The notes below the pieces were generated by a model. The model was not told the origin of the DNA. It worked only from the letters and a program-made list of their open reading frames with translations, and did not search any database. 64,000 bases of DNA. Origin: Amoebidium appalachense. Its lineage: Eukaryota; Protista; Ichthyosporea. A program made the position numbers and the translations under genes. Shown here one piece after another: positions 43,011 through 56,968 of this stretch. The first letter of the stretch is position 1. Each line of letters starts with the position of its first letter. Where the stretch lies: positions 6,588,907-6,652,906 of the forward strand of contig CAVNZM010000001.1 of NCBI GenBank assembly GCA_963693365.1, written 5' to 3'.

Positions 43011-43928
43011 TCATAAGGCTGCCAGTTGCCCATGGATGTGCGTATAGTACATCATATTCAAGGCACGTAACTTTTAGAATCTAAACATTCTGCTTGTATC
43101 TTTTTGCAAGCTCTTCTGTCTTTCGCATTAAGAATTCCGTGGATGTAGCCATGTTAGAGGTTTGAAAATGCTAGCACCCAAATGACTTGGGAAGAGGCGT
43201 TTCGAATGTGGAGTTTCAAACCAGGCCTTAGGCTAGTAATTCACTCGGCCCCGGAGGCATGTAATACGAAATAAGGGGTAGTGGAGAGATAAGTGTGGTA
43301 GTGACGGTGATGTCGGGGAGTGGGTGCCGGAGAAGAGAGGGGTTGAACAAAAGACCGTTAACATAGTGTTTGATCAAGTGGCCCTCCTTTACCTTTGAAA
43401 ACAGCAGCATGCATCATGGCGGAAATTTTAACTTGTACGGTCACTCTCAATGCCCTGCATCTAGCACCAACGGTTCAGTTTCATCCCGACTATAGCACCC
43501 ACGACATGTATCTTTGAACACTCGTATCTTGAAAGTTGGAGAGCCCGAGGCAAATCTTCATTATTTTTATGATTTTTCGACTTCAAGTGAGTTGAAGTCA
43601 TATGCACCTGGTTGCATAATTAATAGGCAGGGTCAACTCATTTAAAAATGAGTGGCACATGGTTTTACATGTCCCCAAATCTCTCAACATCACCCCTTTC
43701 CACTCCACTCCCTCCAGTTTTTCTCCCTCTACTGTGTGCTTGCTGCCACCGTCCACTCCAAAAAGGCTCTGTATCTCCTCACTGCACCACTGAGCATCAC
43801 CCTTTCACCACCCTCCTCAGGCTTGGCCGAAAAGGTTTCAATAAAAACTCTCGATCGAACAGTAAGCCTAGTCGATAGCCCCCTTAGTAATGCTTAGCCT
43901 ATACAGGGTTGAATTTTTCCCATGCCCC

Positions 43929-43960
<32 letters not shown>

Positions 43961-45275
43961 ACCCCCTTTTCCCCCCTTGCCCGAGCCGATGCCCTGATAT
44001 AAACTTTAAGCCTGAAACCTGGGAGTAGACGGGTAACGATTGGTTGTTAAGCCGGGGGCACGTCCACTGTCAATGCATTTAAGATGCTTGGTAGCGAGAG
44101 CATATGAACAGGGGCATTATGAGCTGAGGTTGTTTCATAGGTGTAGCAACAAGAAGGGGTGACTGGTGCCACGTGGCAGTGATCATTAGGTGGGTGGGGA
44201 TTTGGGGGCCGGGGGGGGGGGGTGGGGAGAGGGGGGAGAGGGGGGGGGGGGGGGGGGGGGGGGGGATTCTGGGTGACGCGGTCCGGAAAGCAGTTAGGCC
44301 ATAGAAGTATGGGAAAGCCGTGGGAGGTGCCCTCATAAAAACAGCCAGGTACAGTAACGGTTGAAGGAGAGCTGTAGGAAGAACCTTTGAAGCATTGACT
44401 GTGGTACCGCTGCAAGACTTGTGGTCACTTTTTTTGCTTTGCTATTGATGTCCGTTGCCATTTCTTTCCATATCTTTCAAAATGTGGACAGCCGGTGGGG
44501 AGGGGGGTGGGGGGGGTGGGGGGCGGGGGTGGGGGGGACGGGGAGGATGGGAAGAAGACTTTCGGCCAAACACTGGATAAATGGGGCTCCTCTTAACAGC
44601 ACTTGTAAGGTGATGAGGAACTATCTTTCCCTCTTTCTCTTTTGGGTTTGGGAGATGCGAAGAAGGAAAAAAGTGGCCTTGCTTTTGACTCGTTAGAATC
44701 CGAACGAAAAATGATCAATTATTTCTCTCTCCTTCGGCTGTGGGGAGAATCATGGGGAAAATAGGATTCGTTCGCTCTGGGAGCTAGAGCCAAACAAAAG
44801 AACAGACGATCTTCTACAGCTCGTCAAAGCACAGCAAAACAGACTTCTTTCCTCCTCTAAGATTTCGGCCTTTAGGTGAAACGAAGGAAGGAAGCCTTTG
44901 TCCCTTAGCCTTAGCTCATGCAAGCCGGTCGCGGAGAGCATTGTCCCCCACCTCGTTAGGCAAACGATACCGGAGAAACAATAGTCCCTCTCTCAGCTCG
45001 AGCTAAATTCCAAACAAGACTCTTCGAAAGACATCCGTCCACCCCAGCCGACCGAGGAGCCACCCGTCTACAACGCTAGCTGTAGACTGTTGGATCCAGC
45101 TCTTTCGATCCAGGCTGGCCATGGTAGCATACGTATTAGCCATAGATAATTACGTCATAGCATTTAGGTTAGACTAATTTTGGTTACGTAACCACTTGCA
45201 CACAAGTCTTCAAGCCGGGCCTTGAATTGTTTGCACACGGCCCATTCTGTTTGTGCTGCAAAGCCGAAGACGAGA

Positions 45276-46781
45276 ATGGACAAGTTTAAAGCACCGACTC
45301 TAGAGGTGAAATGGGACCTGAAGCTAGTGGCCACCCCTGAGAAAAGCGGGGCTACAGGGCAGATTGATGTTGTAGAGGCTGCGGGTGAAGTTAGGAAGAA
45401 GTGGGCGCTGAAAAGAGCGCAAGGAGACAGAAAAAAGCTGCATGTTCCAAAAGGGAGGCCCCCTCGTCGTTTCTGTTCCAGGAGTACGGGCACTCGCACT
45501 TCATTCGGCCTCATCATAACCTGATACTTTCGGAGGGCGTTGTTACCGTCTTTGACAAGGAGCTGGGCGGCGCGCCCTATAAGGTGAGCACATGAATGCG
45601 CCGTGGCTCTCGCTCTCAAGCAACATCAACCTACAAACATTTAGCCTACCCAAAGTAGCCCTGATTTCTTCATCGCTTGTACACGGGTTTGCACCTCACG
45701 TGCCAGAAAGATCATGCTGCATACAACAATTGTCCTTTCCACAGACACACACCCATAGTAATGCGTACAAACACACAAATAGGCAAACACAAAAATAAAC
45801 AACAACACACACGCGCACCACGCACACATACTCCCGCGCCTGGAAAACCAATTGACACTCAACCACACACACGCAGGCGCTGTTGCAGCCGTTCTTTGAT
45901 GGCATCCCCATCGACGAGTATCTGAAACAACAGCATGAGAGCAAGGTGCGGCGCCATGGGATTCATCGTGATGTAGCGCGATTTCAGGTGGAGAGAGACA
46001 TGTTTGAGCGTTTGCGGGAGGCAGCAAACGGGCTAGCACACGCTCACGATTGTGGCGCTGTGCACATGGATCTGAACAGGTCAAACATCCTTGTTGGGAG
46101 GGAGCTAGGGGATGGTCCATACATTGCAAAGGTGATAGACTTTGGTGAGGCTAAGGACGCTCGTCAGAACCAGCGCATCGAAGTGTAATGTAACACGAAT
46201 TACGCCCACATGATGTCCCCTGAAGAGAAGCATGCGTGCCAAACGAAAACGGAAACGCTATTGGCGGGGTCTAAGTTTGACGTGTGGCGTTTTGGTTCCC
46301 TGCTGTTCACTCTCCTGGCGCAGTCGCGTCAAAATTCCACAGTGAGTTGCACCAACTATCACTTTCTTCCAAGCAGTGACCAACTGTGCGACGGAACACC
46401 TGACACGTTTGACAGATACTGTGCCTATCCGGACGACGTCCAAGAGACCATCAGTATTATCGAAACGCGCCTGAAATTGAAGCTCGAGCCTGATGTCCGT
46501 GCGCTTTTTGCTGGTTGCCTGCAGACAGACCCCAGCAAACGCTTTACCATGGAGCAGGTCGAAATGTGCCTCAGGGAAATAGGCCACCGCTATTCCCAGC
46601 TTCCTCACGGTATTCTTGGCAATGGCGGAGATGTAGGTAAACTGCTGGCAAAAGCAGATGAGGCCACCTCGGGGTTGTTGAGTGCGTACGAGCAGTCGTT
46701 TGAAAAGGAGGTGAAACATGTGATTCAAGCTCTGAGAGATGCATATCTAGTGGCTGCTAATAAGCTGGCACCGTTTCTGAG
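45276..46781 (+). pseudogene. Protein kinase, disrupted (frameshift near 45431-45436, in-frame TAA at 46186-46188); intron 45584-45876; probably continues in exons to 50756
   Basis: SGATGQI glycine loop, WALKR, FQEY (alphaC), HMDLNRSNIL, KVIDFG, MSPE, KFDVWRFG, CLQTDPSKRFT. Confidence 0.85.
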
Positions 46782-47139
46782 GTACGTTTTTTTGGTGTAG
46801 TGAAGGCAGAAGCTGGATACGGTGTTTGTAAACAGGGTTGTCTTAAGGCATAAGAGTTTGTTTGTCTGTCTCTCTGCGTGATAGGTTTCTTTCTGTAGAT
46901 GTGCTTGTGTGTGCGCGCACTCGTGGACGTGTGTATGGTGTGTGCGTGCTTGTTTCCATGTCTTTCTCCTCCTTGCTCGTTCTGCCCAACCTAACATATA
47001 CCTCTCTCTATCTGTTTCTGTTGGTCCCCCCCCCCCCTTCCCCCCTCCCCCCTCCCCCCGCCTCCCCCGTTTCCTCAATCTCTACCCGTCCCTTTCCTTC
47101 CTTCCTCCCTCCCCTCCCCCCCACCGCCCCTCCTTCCAG

Positions 47140-47599
47140 CGAGGCGAAACGAGCCCCAGCCAACAGCGCACCTGCCTCAGACCAGGGGGAGCACACGGGC
47201 ATCCACTCTGCCGTGGGCGATAGGCCAAGCAGCCAGGCCAAGCGCGCTGCTGATGACGACGGTGGGGCGGACAGGAAGAGGAGGAGGGTGGCCAGGGCAG
47301 AGGGGAAGGAGCCTGCTTGCCAGGTGCGCTGTTTGCTGCCGTGGGTCTTTCGTGTATGTGTTGGACACACTCTTCTTTGCAATATTCATTCCGCTCTTCA
47401 CCCCAACACTAACTGTGCAAGCTCCCCCCCCCCCCCCCCCCCCCGTCCCGCCCTTCTGTGCAAGGATCATGGCTCTGCTCATAATGTATGCTCATGTGTG
47501 TTTTCCTTGCAGAGCCTACGTGGTGTTGTCCGCCAAAGTTGTGTACTTCTACTCTGTAACACATCCCCCCCCCCCCCCCCCTCCCCCTCTCCCCGGGGC

Positions 47600-47631
<32 letters not shown>

Positions 47632-47738
47632 TTCTCCGGGGGATGGGCTCTGCTCTTTATGCACACTTAATTATGTGTGCCCTGCTTCCTCATTTCGTAA
47701 GGAGGCGTAGTGTTTGGGTGGTGTGTGTGTGGGTGTGG

Positions 47739-47771
<33 letters not shown>

Positions 47772-48048
47772 GGTGGGGGGTTGTGTGAGGGGGGGGGGGG
47801 GGGGAAGGGGGGAGGGGGGAGGGGGGGGGGGGGGGAAGATGCAAGGGTATTATTGTGACTATATTAAATTAGACATGTTAGCGTATCAGTCACTTTGACG
47901 ATCAGTCTTAGTCCTCCGGTTGGTGCATGTGCCTGTGTTTGTCTCTCCCTCTCTCTTGTGTGTGTGTGTGTGTGTGTGTATGGTTGCCTGTGCTTGTGTG
48001 TGCGCACGCGCTCGCACTGTGTGTATGTGTGTGTGTGTATGCATGTGC

Positions 48049-48107
<59 letters not shown>

Positions 48108-48227
48108 ACGTGTGTGTGTTTGTGTGAATGGTGCGTTGTGCACGGGCTACAGGCATTTGGCCACATGTGCGTGGGTGTACCTGAGTGCTTGCATGCATTT
48201 GTGTGATTTGGGGAGACCCTCGTGTGC

Positions 48228-48300
<73 letters not shown>

Positions 48301-48907
48301 CGCGCGCACGCGCGGGTGTGTGTGTGTGTGTGTGTGTTTGGGGGGGGGGGGGGGGGGGGGGGGGGAGCCCGTTCTACTCGCGGGGGAGGGGGGGCAGGGG
48401 CGGGGAGTGGGAGGAGGACACGTTCTACTCGTTTGCGATAATACTCACACCTGGTCCACACAGCACGGGGATGAGCGTTTCTTGTTGCCATGGCAGCCAA
48501 GATCGGCACCCACCTGCAGTCCGACCCCACCGGCAACACAGTCACCCTGCTTAAGGCCGGCAAACATGACATGGTGCCGACACCAGCACTGGCAGCCAAG
48601 GTGTGCCAGCTGCTTGCAAAGCAGGGCGCCACCTGGAACGACCTTCTGCCCGTGTTCAACCATGCTTTGGGCAACACCCCCCGCGCTATAAAAACCCTCT
48701 TTGACCCCAGCACCGGCTGGCTCCCTCTGTGTGTGGCCCCAAACCTGCCGTCTGGCCGGCCAGCACTGACCGAGTTCTTCCACGGGGCAGACGTGTCGGC
48801 CGCACAGGCCTGTGCCCTGGCCAGTGCTCAGTGTCTCGCCGCAGCGGCGGCTGGAAACCAGCCCCCACCCATCTGCTTAGGTACTGAGCACACACCAATC
48901 CCCCCCC

Positions 48908-48938
<31 letters not shown>

Positions 48939-50481
48939 ACAGACACACACACCCATCCACAGCCACCACCATCACCTCTCGTATGCACAGGCACACACGT
49001 GCACACAGCACTGCCACGACTGCAACCACACGCCACCTGCATGCACCTCCCCTTCCCTCCAAATTGGAGCTGGGTTGCCGCAGGCTTCCCGCGATTGCAC
49101 ATATACGTGAACTCCATGCACTATATGCAATGCACAGCCGTTCCCTCCTGCCATTGCACCCCTCTAACCCCCACCCCACCTCTGCAGACCACCGGGTCAA
49201 GGTGTCTGTTGGCTCTGACCAGGTGCCTACGCCACCGACCTGTTGCGGCTGCCGACGGACCACTTTTGGTGGCACGATGGGGTGGGGCTGTGCCTGCAGC
49301 CCGGTGGCGGGTGCGAGCTGCACCTCTCCCAGCCCCTAGACCTGGCCATAGAACTCACCCCCCCACCCTGCACCCCCTCGGACCAACACTTGTGGCCAGC
49401 CCTGCAGAGATTGCAAACGCCATGCTTTCGGCTATCCCCAGCCACCGCAGGGCCAGGCTGGAAGGGGACCGTCACCCGGCCCGGCCGTGGGTGCAGTGGG
49501 TTGCACGTGGGGGCACTTGCAAGGGTGAGGCCGAGGGTGGAGTCCCCCTGCATGCGGGTGTGGAGCACGTGCCTGGCCGGCTGCGGCTGTGTGTGGCCGG
49601 GATGTGTGCCAGCGCTGTGGCCCACCTGCGGGCCGGCAGCTACCTGCAGTCTGCATCGCTTCTGTCCATGCTGCCCAACATGCAGCCCGACTGCCCTATC
49701 AGGTGCCCCCCCCCCCCCCCCCTCTCTCTTTCCCCCCCCCCCCCCCTCCCTTGCCCCCTTCTGCCTCACGACCACCAACACCGCCGCCCAAGCGAGTGCA
49801 AATCACACACACCCCTTCTCTCTCCCCTTTTGCGCCTCATCCACACACACGTACACAACCTACGGGCTAGACCATGCAGCATGGGCAAAATTTAAACACC
49901 CCTCGACCTGTTTCTCATGATGCCCGGCTGAACACACTAATACACACTTTGCACCTGTATTATCTGCCCAAGTTGCTTTGTGCATGTCTTGCCATGCTCT
50001 TACACTCTCTAGCCTTCCACTAGCCTCCCCCCCCCCCACACACACACACACACACGCGCACACACACACACACACAAACCCCTCTCACTAACAAACCTGC
50101 TTGCCTTTGTTGCCTGTTGTCGTCGATGGGTTGGGAACCACAAGCGAGAGGTTTAATAGCCGAAATGTGGTCTTTTTTTTTTTTTTTTTTTTTTTTTTGT
50201 GGTTCCATAGGATTCCCAAAGAAAGGCTCCGTTCCAAGTGCTCTTTTGCCTATGCATTCGTTTTGGTTTTGGTTTGTAACACAAATTGGGTCATATCTCT
50301 AACCCCCTCTAACGCATACATCCCCCCCCCCCCCCCCCCCCCCCCCTCCCCGGGGTTCCCTCTGCCCGTCCACCACTTTTCGTCAGGGTCCCGAAGGTAC
50401 ACGCGCACACACAGACACACACAGAGAGAGAGAGATGCCAACTGTTACACGCAAATCCACACAAACCACGTGTGCACACAT

Positions 50482-50531
<50 letters not shown>

Positions 50532-50756
50532 GTAACTGATCCTTGGGCCGTGGAAGATGGGGGTCGCACAGCCATCCCCCTGCAGCCAAGGATGCAGCTC
50601 TTGTTCCCTGCCAATCCTCCACCCATTGCTGACGGGCACGTGGGGGGCATACTGCACGTGCGGGTGTGGGGGGTGAGGGTGCAGGCAGACGGGCAGGGTG
50701 TGTGTGTGTGCCCCCGGGTGGAGGTGGCTGGACTGACAGTCACAGTGGGGGAGTGA
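47140..50756 (+). pseudogene. Putative downstream exons of the kinase locus (47140-47323, ~48463-48880, ~49188-49703, 50531-50756); unknown product, with lesions
   Basis: GC-rich coding-like blocks bounded by AG/GT. The phase-2 joins 46781/47140 and 49703/50531 are compatible. One internal TGA and apparent frameshifts. Confidence 0.5.
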
Positions 50757-50872
50757 CGGTGGGCGGGCTAGGAAGAGGAACGGATAGAGGGGATGGATGA
50801 GTGTATGGGGATTACTGGTTGTAAAGGATATGTGATGTGAATGATTGGGTGGGTGTTACTGTCGTGATCAAG

Positions 50873-51130
50873 GTGATTGGGTGGCATTAATGATGGCAAA
50901 GGATCTGAGGTGGATGATTGGGTGGCATTAATGATGGCAAAGGATCTGAGGTGGATGATTGGGTGGCGTTAATGATGGCAAAGGATCTGAGTGGATAGTT
51001 GGTGGCATTAATGATGGCAAAGGATCTGAGGCGGATGATTGGGCAGTGTTTTACTTATTGATGGCAAAAGATACACGAAGTGGATGATTGTGTGCGCCTT
51101 TTTGACTGTAAAGGATTTGACTTAGGTGGA
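50873..51130. repeat. 41-bp minisatellite (GTGGATGATTGGGTGGCATTAATGATGGCAAAGGATCTGAG), ~4 good units plus degenerate ones
   Basis: Contiguous tandem units. Confidence 0.85.
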
Positions 51131-52020
51131 TGGTCGCGCCTGTGCTATTGGTTGTGAAAAATATAGGAGGTCTGTGATTGGGTGTTCGTTAATGACTCTA
51201 ATGGATGTATGAAGCTCTTATATACGAGGTGAATGATCAGCAGTGGCATGGATAGGTGATACGATTGTGAAGGAAACATGATGTCGATTGAAACTTTAGC
51301 GAAATCGTTTGTGAATGTGTGATATCGATGCTTGTGCAAATGTGAATGTAGCGGTAATCAGACGCTCTATCTATCTACCGAACTTTATTTGTGAGTCTGG
51401 GTGTATATTTGTACATGTAACGTGGGTTTGTGAGTTTTGTGGGGGGTTTTTTTTTTTTTTTGGGTGTGTGTGTGGGGGGGGGGGGGGGGGGGGGGAAGAC
51501 TTTTCGGAAGTATGTATTTAGCAATGTCCATTGTCTTTACACGATCGCCTGTTTCTGCGGTGTGTTTGGCAGGCCGTGTATACTAATGATATTTGTATAT
51601 AGAGCTACTGCTACCTGAAAATACGCATTTAGGGCGCTGCCCAACACACCCTGAATAAGCAGTGGTAACCAGATGTACATGTATATGTATATATATATAT
51701 ATATATATATCATTACATGTTTAACAGTGGGAGTCAACGAATAAAGTCAAATCCTGGTGCTCTCTGGGCTGCCTTTTTAAATTTACCAATATCAATAGCC
51801 CTGATGGTCCACGTGTGCGTGTGCTTTTGTGTGTGTGTGTGCATGTGTGTGTGTTGTGTTTGGGTTGTTGGCAATACAATCATGCATGCGCTGTGCACAC
51901 GTGTGCGTCATAGCGTCACTGGCAGAGTCGGACTATGATCAGGCTCGAGGTGAGGGATTGGGGGGGATGGGAGGAGAGGGGAGAGGGGCGTGTGTGTGTG
52001 TGTGTACACGTGTGTTTGTG

Positions 52021-52055
<35 letters not shown>

Positions 52056-53757
52056 GGAGGGGGGGGGGGGGCGGGGTGTACAGGGGTGGGGGGAGTCTGA
52101 GGGGGAGGACGGATGGGGGGGGGGGGGGGGGGGGGGAAATAGTATGTGTGAGAGCTCTGCAAGGGGGAAAAAATGAGACAGTGTGCTGTTTTAAGCATGT
52201 TTTTGCAAATACAACAATATGATTCGTGCACACTATGCCATTTTCTTGAACTTATGAAACGAAAACACCTAGAGGTCTTCGCACTTGTTGGGTTGCTGTC
52301 CGTAAGGGCCAACGGGCATTGAAGTGGGTGTCAAATTGCAAAGGGGCGGGTATCCAACGGGTGATATCTGATATCTGATTGGAGGGCAGATGCTTCACGA
52401 ACTGTGATTGGCCACATGTCAGCATTCATATTTAAAAGTTGTGCAGTCCTGTGTATGTAACCAGGGAAATCAGATTTATAATGATGCATTCGCCCAAGTC
52501 ATCCCACTATGAATACAAACACGAGGAAACCAGGGGTTGCACTTTGGCATGGACAAGAAAGAGAAAGAGCAGGAAGAAGAGGGGGGAGGAGGGGAGGGGA
52601 GGGGAGAGGGAGGAAGGGGGGGGGGGGGGGGGGGATGTGGGGGGGACTCTCTGAGGGGACTTCGCGCGGAGCACAAAGTGGAAAGTGCAAATTCAAAACA
52701 GGTTGCCGATGTTGCTAAACAGCAAAAGACACACATGCCGAGTATCAGCACAAGTGGATTCACCCCGTCCATCCGCACCATCACCATGACGTCATCCAGA
52801 GCTGTACCAGGGAAACGGTGGGGTGGGAGGGGAGGGGGGAGGAAGGTTCGTCAATGTATGTTGATCATCCCACCCCCTCCCCCCGCCACTTTTCTTTTGG
52901 CCACGCAGGGAAGGGGAAACCACGGGGGGGGGGGGGGGGGAGGGGAGGGGGGGGAGGTACGGCAGGAGGTGGAGGGAGAGGGGCGGCGGGGGGGGGGGGG
53001 GAGGGGGGGGGGGGGGGGGAAGGGGGGGAGGGGGGGGGGGGGGGGGAGGAAGTATCACCTTGTCTAGCACTGCTAGGATGGACTGGGCTTCCAGTAAGTG
53101 ACTCACCCATATCTCGACAGAGGCGGAGTAGGAGCACCGTAGCACTCGGCACACACACACACACACACAAACACACGCACACACATGCGCGCCCGCACAC
53201 ACACAGCCACACACACACACACACGCACAGACAACGGCGCATTCACGATAACAAGGAATCATACAGAAGGGGAGAGGGAGACACTGATGAGTCGGCTATT
53301 AGGGACTTGAAGCAAAGAGCATATCGAGATGACCAAAATAACGACGAAAGCAACCCCCCCCCCCCCTCCCTCCTCCTCCCCCCCGGTTCTAGCTACCCAC
53401 CCTCTTCATACTCATACCGGGTAGGCAAACATGATTCAAAATTATGTTTATTTAACACCTCTCTGAATGTGAATGAGAGAGCACAGGAGATGGGGTGAGG
53501 GGGCAAGGGGGGGGGGGGGGAGGGAGGCAAGGGGACGAGGGGGGGGGGGGGGGGGGGATAAAACGGGCGGGACGATTGTGTCGATGAGAGTCTGAGGACG
53601 TGGCAAGCAGTAACCAATAGGAGGTGGCTATTGTTGTCCAATGCTGCATGCGGATTGGTGGAGGGTCAGGGAGGTTTGCACCTATTTGTGGGGTGTTTGG
53701 GGATTTTTCTTTTTCTTTTTTCCTTTCCTTTTCTTTTCTTTTCTTTTCTCTCTCTTT

Positions 53758-53805
<48 letters not shown>

Positions 53806-54180
53806 AGATTTAGAAAGGACAAAGTCACACCGTGTTTGTGTGTGGCAAAGCTGCAGGTGGATGTGTGTGTGTGTGGGGGGGGGGGGGGGGGGGAGGGAGG
53901 GGGGGGAAGGGGGGAGGGGGGGAGGGGTAGAAAGAGGGCGATGGAGTAGGGGTAGGGGGGCCTGATTGGGTGGGTTGAAGGTGCAGTGGCCAGGATGAAT
54001 TATGCACAGGAATGTACATTCAAGTTCGAGCTAATATCAAATAATAGGAACTTGATGTGTGTGCCATTGTCTTTGATTGCTGTTGCCAACACCGGAATAG
54101 CCTCTCAGACTATGATGAAAAAGACGCTTGAATGTAGAGAGTTTCTTTTCTCATAACATAAGTGAGGAAAAGCTGGGCGG

Positions 54181-54234
<54 letters not shown>

Positions 54235-54445
54235 AGGGGGGGGGGGGGGGGGGGGGGGGGGGTATGTAAAGACACGGCGAGGCTAAGAATCATTCACACA
54301 TAGCAACTTAGTAGAATCAGTAACTGGATAGAGGATGACTTGGGACTTGGAAGGAGAAGAAAGAGAAGCTAAAAGATCGAATTAGCAATTTGAAGCCGTT
54401 CAATGATTACAAGTGTAAGTCGTCAATAAATGGAGTGGTTGTGAA

Positions 54446-54476
<31 letters not shown>

Positions 54477-55151
54477 CTACAAAGGCACTTTGGATTTATT
54501 CTGCACAAGGACAGCTCTTTCACCATCCTCCTCAGCCTTGGCCGAAAAGGTTCCAAGGATACGTGAGCTCATGAGGAAATAATCGACGTAACGTGTGGTG
54601 AATCCCTCGCAGCAGCAGCCACGGCCAGCCGGGCCGCTCGATTAGTCTACACATTGTTTACCATAAACAATCATGATAGGCAAGGGAAAATGATACAAAA
54701 ATGACGTCATTTAAGGCTCAGTCTAGACTGCTGCCTCATGAGGTCCGCAGCAATACAAAAGTGCATAAACCCCCCCCTCATGAGATCAACCCACCATCCC
54801 ATGTCCCTCCAGCCTCACATACACCAGCCCCTCGTTTTTGGGCAGAACTGTAACCTTCCTATGTTGTGTTCTCCGGAGTACTGAGGGTCAGGTGCGTAGT
54901 TGCTTTTGTAGCCTGGCTATTTAGGCGCCTGACGAAAAAAGAAAAAGACGCACAGCGAATAGACAGTGCAGTTAGAGAGAAGTAGAGAGAAAGAGAAACG
55001 GAGAGAGAGAGGGAGAGAGTGCCGGTTCATTACGTGCGCCCTGCTTGCTGCAGTAACTATACTATTCTAAAAAAGCACTGAGGAGCACAAGCACAAAGTT
55101 AATCATCAACTCAACAACAGCCTCTTTTGCACCATACATCACATAGACATC

Positions 55152-55565
55152 ATGTCCGTCCTTCAAGCGACTTCGTCCCACGCAGTGACTCTGTGGACAG
55201 TTACACGTGTCACGTGTTTGCGTCTTTTCGCAAGCGCACACTCCATGCTCCGTTCCAGCAGCAACGATGACGAGCCATTTGCCCTGGAGCTTGCCGGCGC
55301 AGGAAAGTTGACGAACGGCACAGAAGCGCAAAGGAGCATATATGATGTTTTGCGTGATGGGCTTTTACTCGCTGTCCCAAAACGGAAAACCTCCCCGTCG
55401 AGAAAGAGAATCCGCAACTCACCGAAGGAGTTCGATAAAAACGCCAACGTCGTCAAGTGCACGAGTTGCGGTGGGCCCAAGTTGCAGCACATGTTGTGTT
55501 GGAAGTGTACAAGCAAGGTGCTTCGGGAGACGACCGACTTGAGGAAGAAACGGAAGGGCTTGTAG
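55152..55565 (+). CDS. MRPL32: Mitochondrial ribosomal protein bL32m precursor, intronless
   Basis: LLAVPKRKTSPSRKRIR followed by CTSCGGPKLQHMLCWKC (CxxC-x9-CxxC), with a long N-terminal presequence. Confidence 0.92.
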   Translation: MSVLQATSSHAVTLWTVTRVTCLRLFASAHSMLRSSSNDDEPFALELAGAGKLTNGTEAQRSIYDVLRDGLLLAVPKRKTSPSRKRIRNSPKEFDKNANVVKCTSCGGPKLQHMLCWKCTSKVLRETTDLRKKRKGL

Positions 55566-56968
55566 GTCTACCTACTCTGTTTTGTAGAAGGGGTTAGGGG
55601 AAAGAAGATAGGCGTTTGAGACAAAGAGAATAAGCAAGGAGAGACTACATCTCTTCGGAAATGGTTGTCTGAGTTCATGCTTGCCCTGTAGTTGCTAAGG
55701 TGTCACGCTCATGCTTTTGCCTTCGATGGTTGGACCTTTTAGAGGTTGGGGAAACGGAAGACGAGAATTTAATGGCTGTGCCGCTTGTTCTCAGCTGGTG
55801 AGCTCGGCCACAATTCCTTCTTGTACGTGCATATACACACACATACACACACACACAAGCACACACACAGGTGCGCTTGCTCACACACACACTTAGCGCA
55901 ATATTGTTAGTGATCATGCTCGTGCCCGGCAACCTTTGTGCAGACTCGTCCCTTTTCCAGCTCATACGTGCAGGTTAATTTTCTAGGTTAATGTTCTTCT
56001 TATGTTTGTGTTGTTGAAAGAATGGGACCATAAGAAAATCACGCGCCATGCCTACAGCTCAGTTAAGTTTTTCTGGCCACCCTCCCCCACACCCCCCTCC
56101 CTCCCTTCTCACTTCCCTCCTCCCTAAACCTTTTACCCCTTGGCGTTCTACTCCCCCCATCCCCCCCCATCTCCACCCCCTCCCTTTCCCACAGAACAAC
56201 ACCTGCATCCCTCCTCCCCTTTCACACGCCCCCCGGTTCCATGCTCACACTCCAGCAGCTGTTCTAGGTAACCCCTGCTATTTTACAATCCTTCGTCCGT
56301 TTTACCCATACTTGCAACCGTGTCCTCTCCTCTGTCACCTGACACTCTTCCCTACTCCCCTATCCCTCTCCCCAGTAACCCTTCTGCCACACTTTCCCCA
56401 CACTTCATTCCCTCTCTATCACAATAAGAATAGCAGTCTGGTCTCCCCCCCCCTTTCCCCCCCTCCATACACACTCACACCCCGCACCTTCTTTCCTGTG
56501 CTTGCGGCCCCCTCCAGTCAGGGCTTCGCCCACACAGACTTGAAATGCACCGCCTTGCGAGCACGTGCACACACGTACGACGGGCGCCCCCCCTCCCCCC
56601 ACACAGCAGAAACCACACACACACACACACACACACGTAGGGACAAAAACAACACAACACAGCACTGAGGTAGGCTCACCTTCGCATTTACGCAGCCTGC
56701 ACACACCCCAGGCACACGCATTCACACAAAAACACGTGCGAGACTCGTCGCAAACGCCTACAAGCACACAGTGTCACACACAAACAACATATAGCAAATA
56801 TATACACACGAGACGTGTGCGGGATTTTACGACATGATTAGGGAAAAATACTGCTCAGACCTACATAGTTAGACAATCGTAATCTAAGAGCTTTGAAAGT
56901 CTGTTGCAAATGGGGCTAGGGTGCTGTGAGTGTTCAGGAAATTCCCCCCCCCCCCCCCCCCCCCCTAC

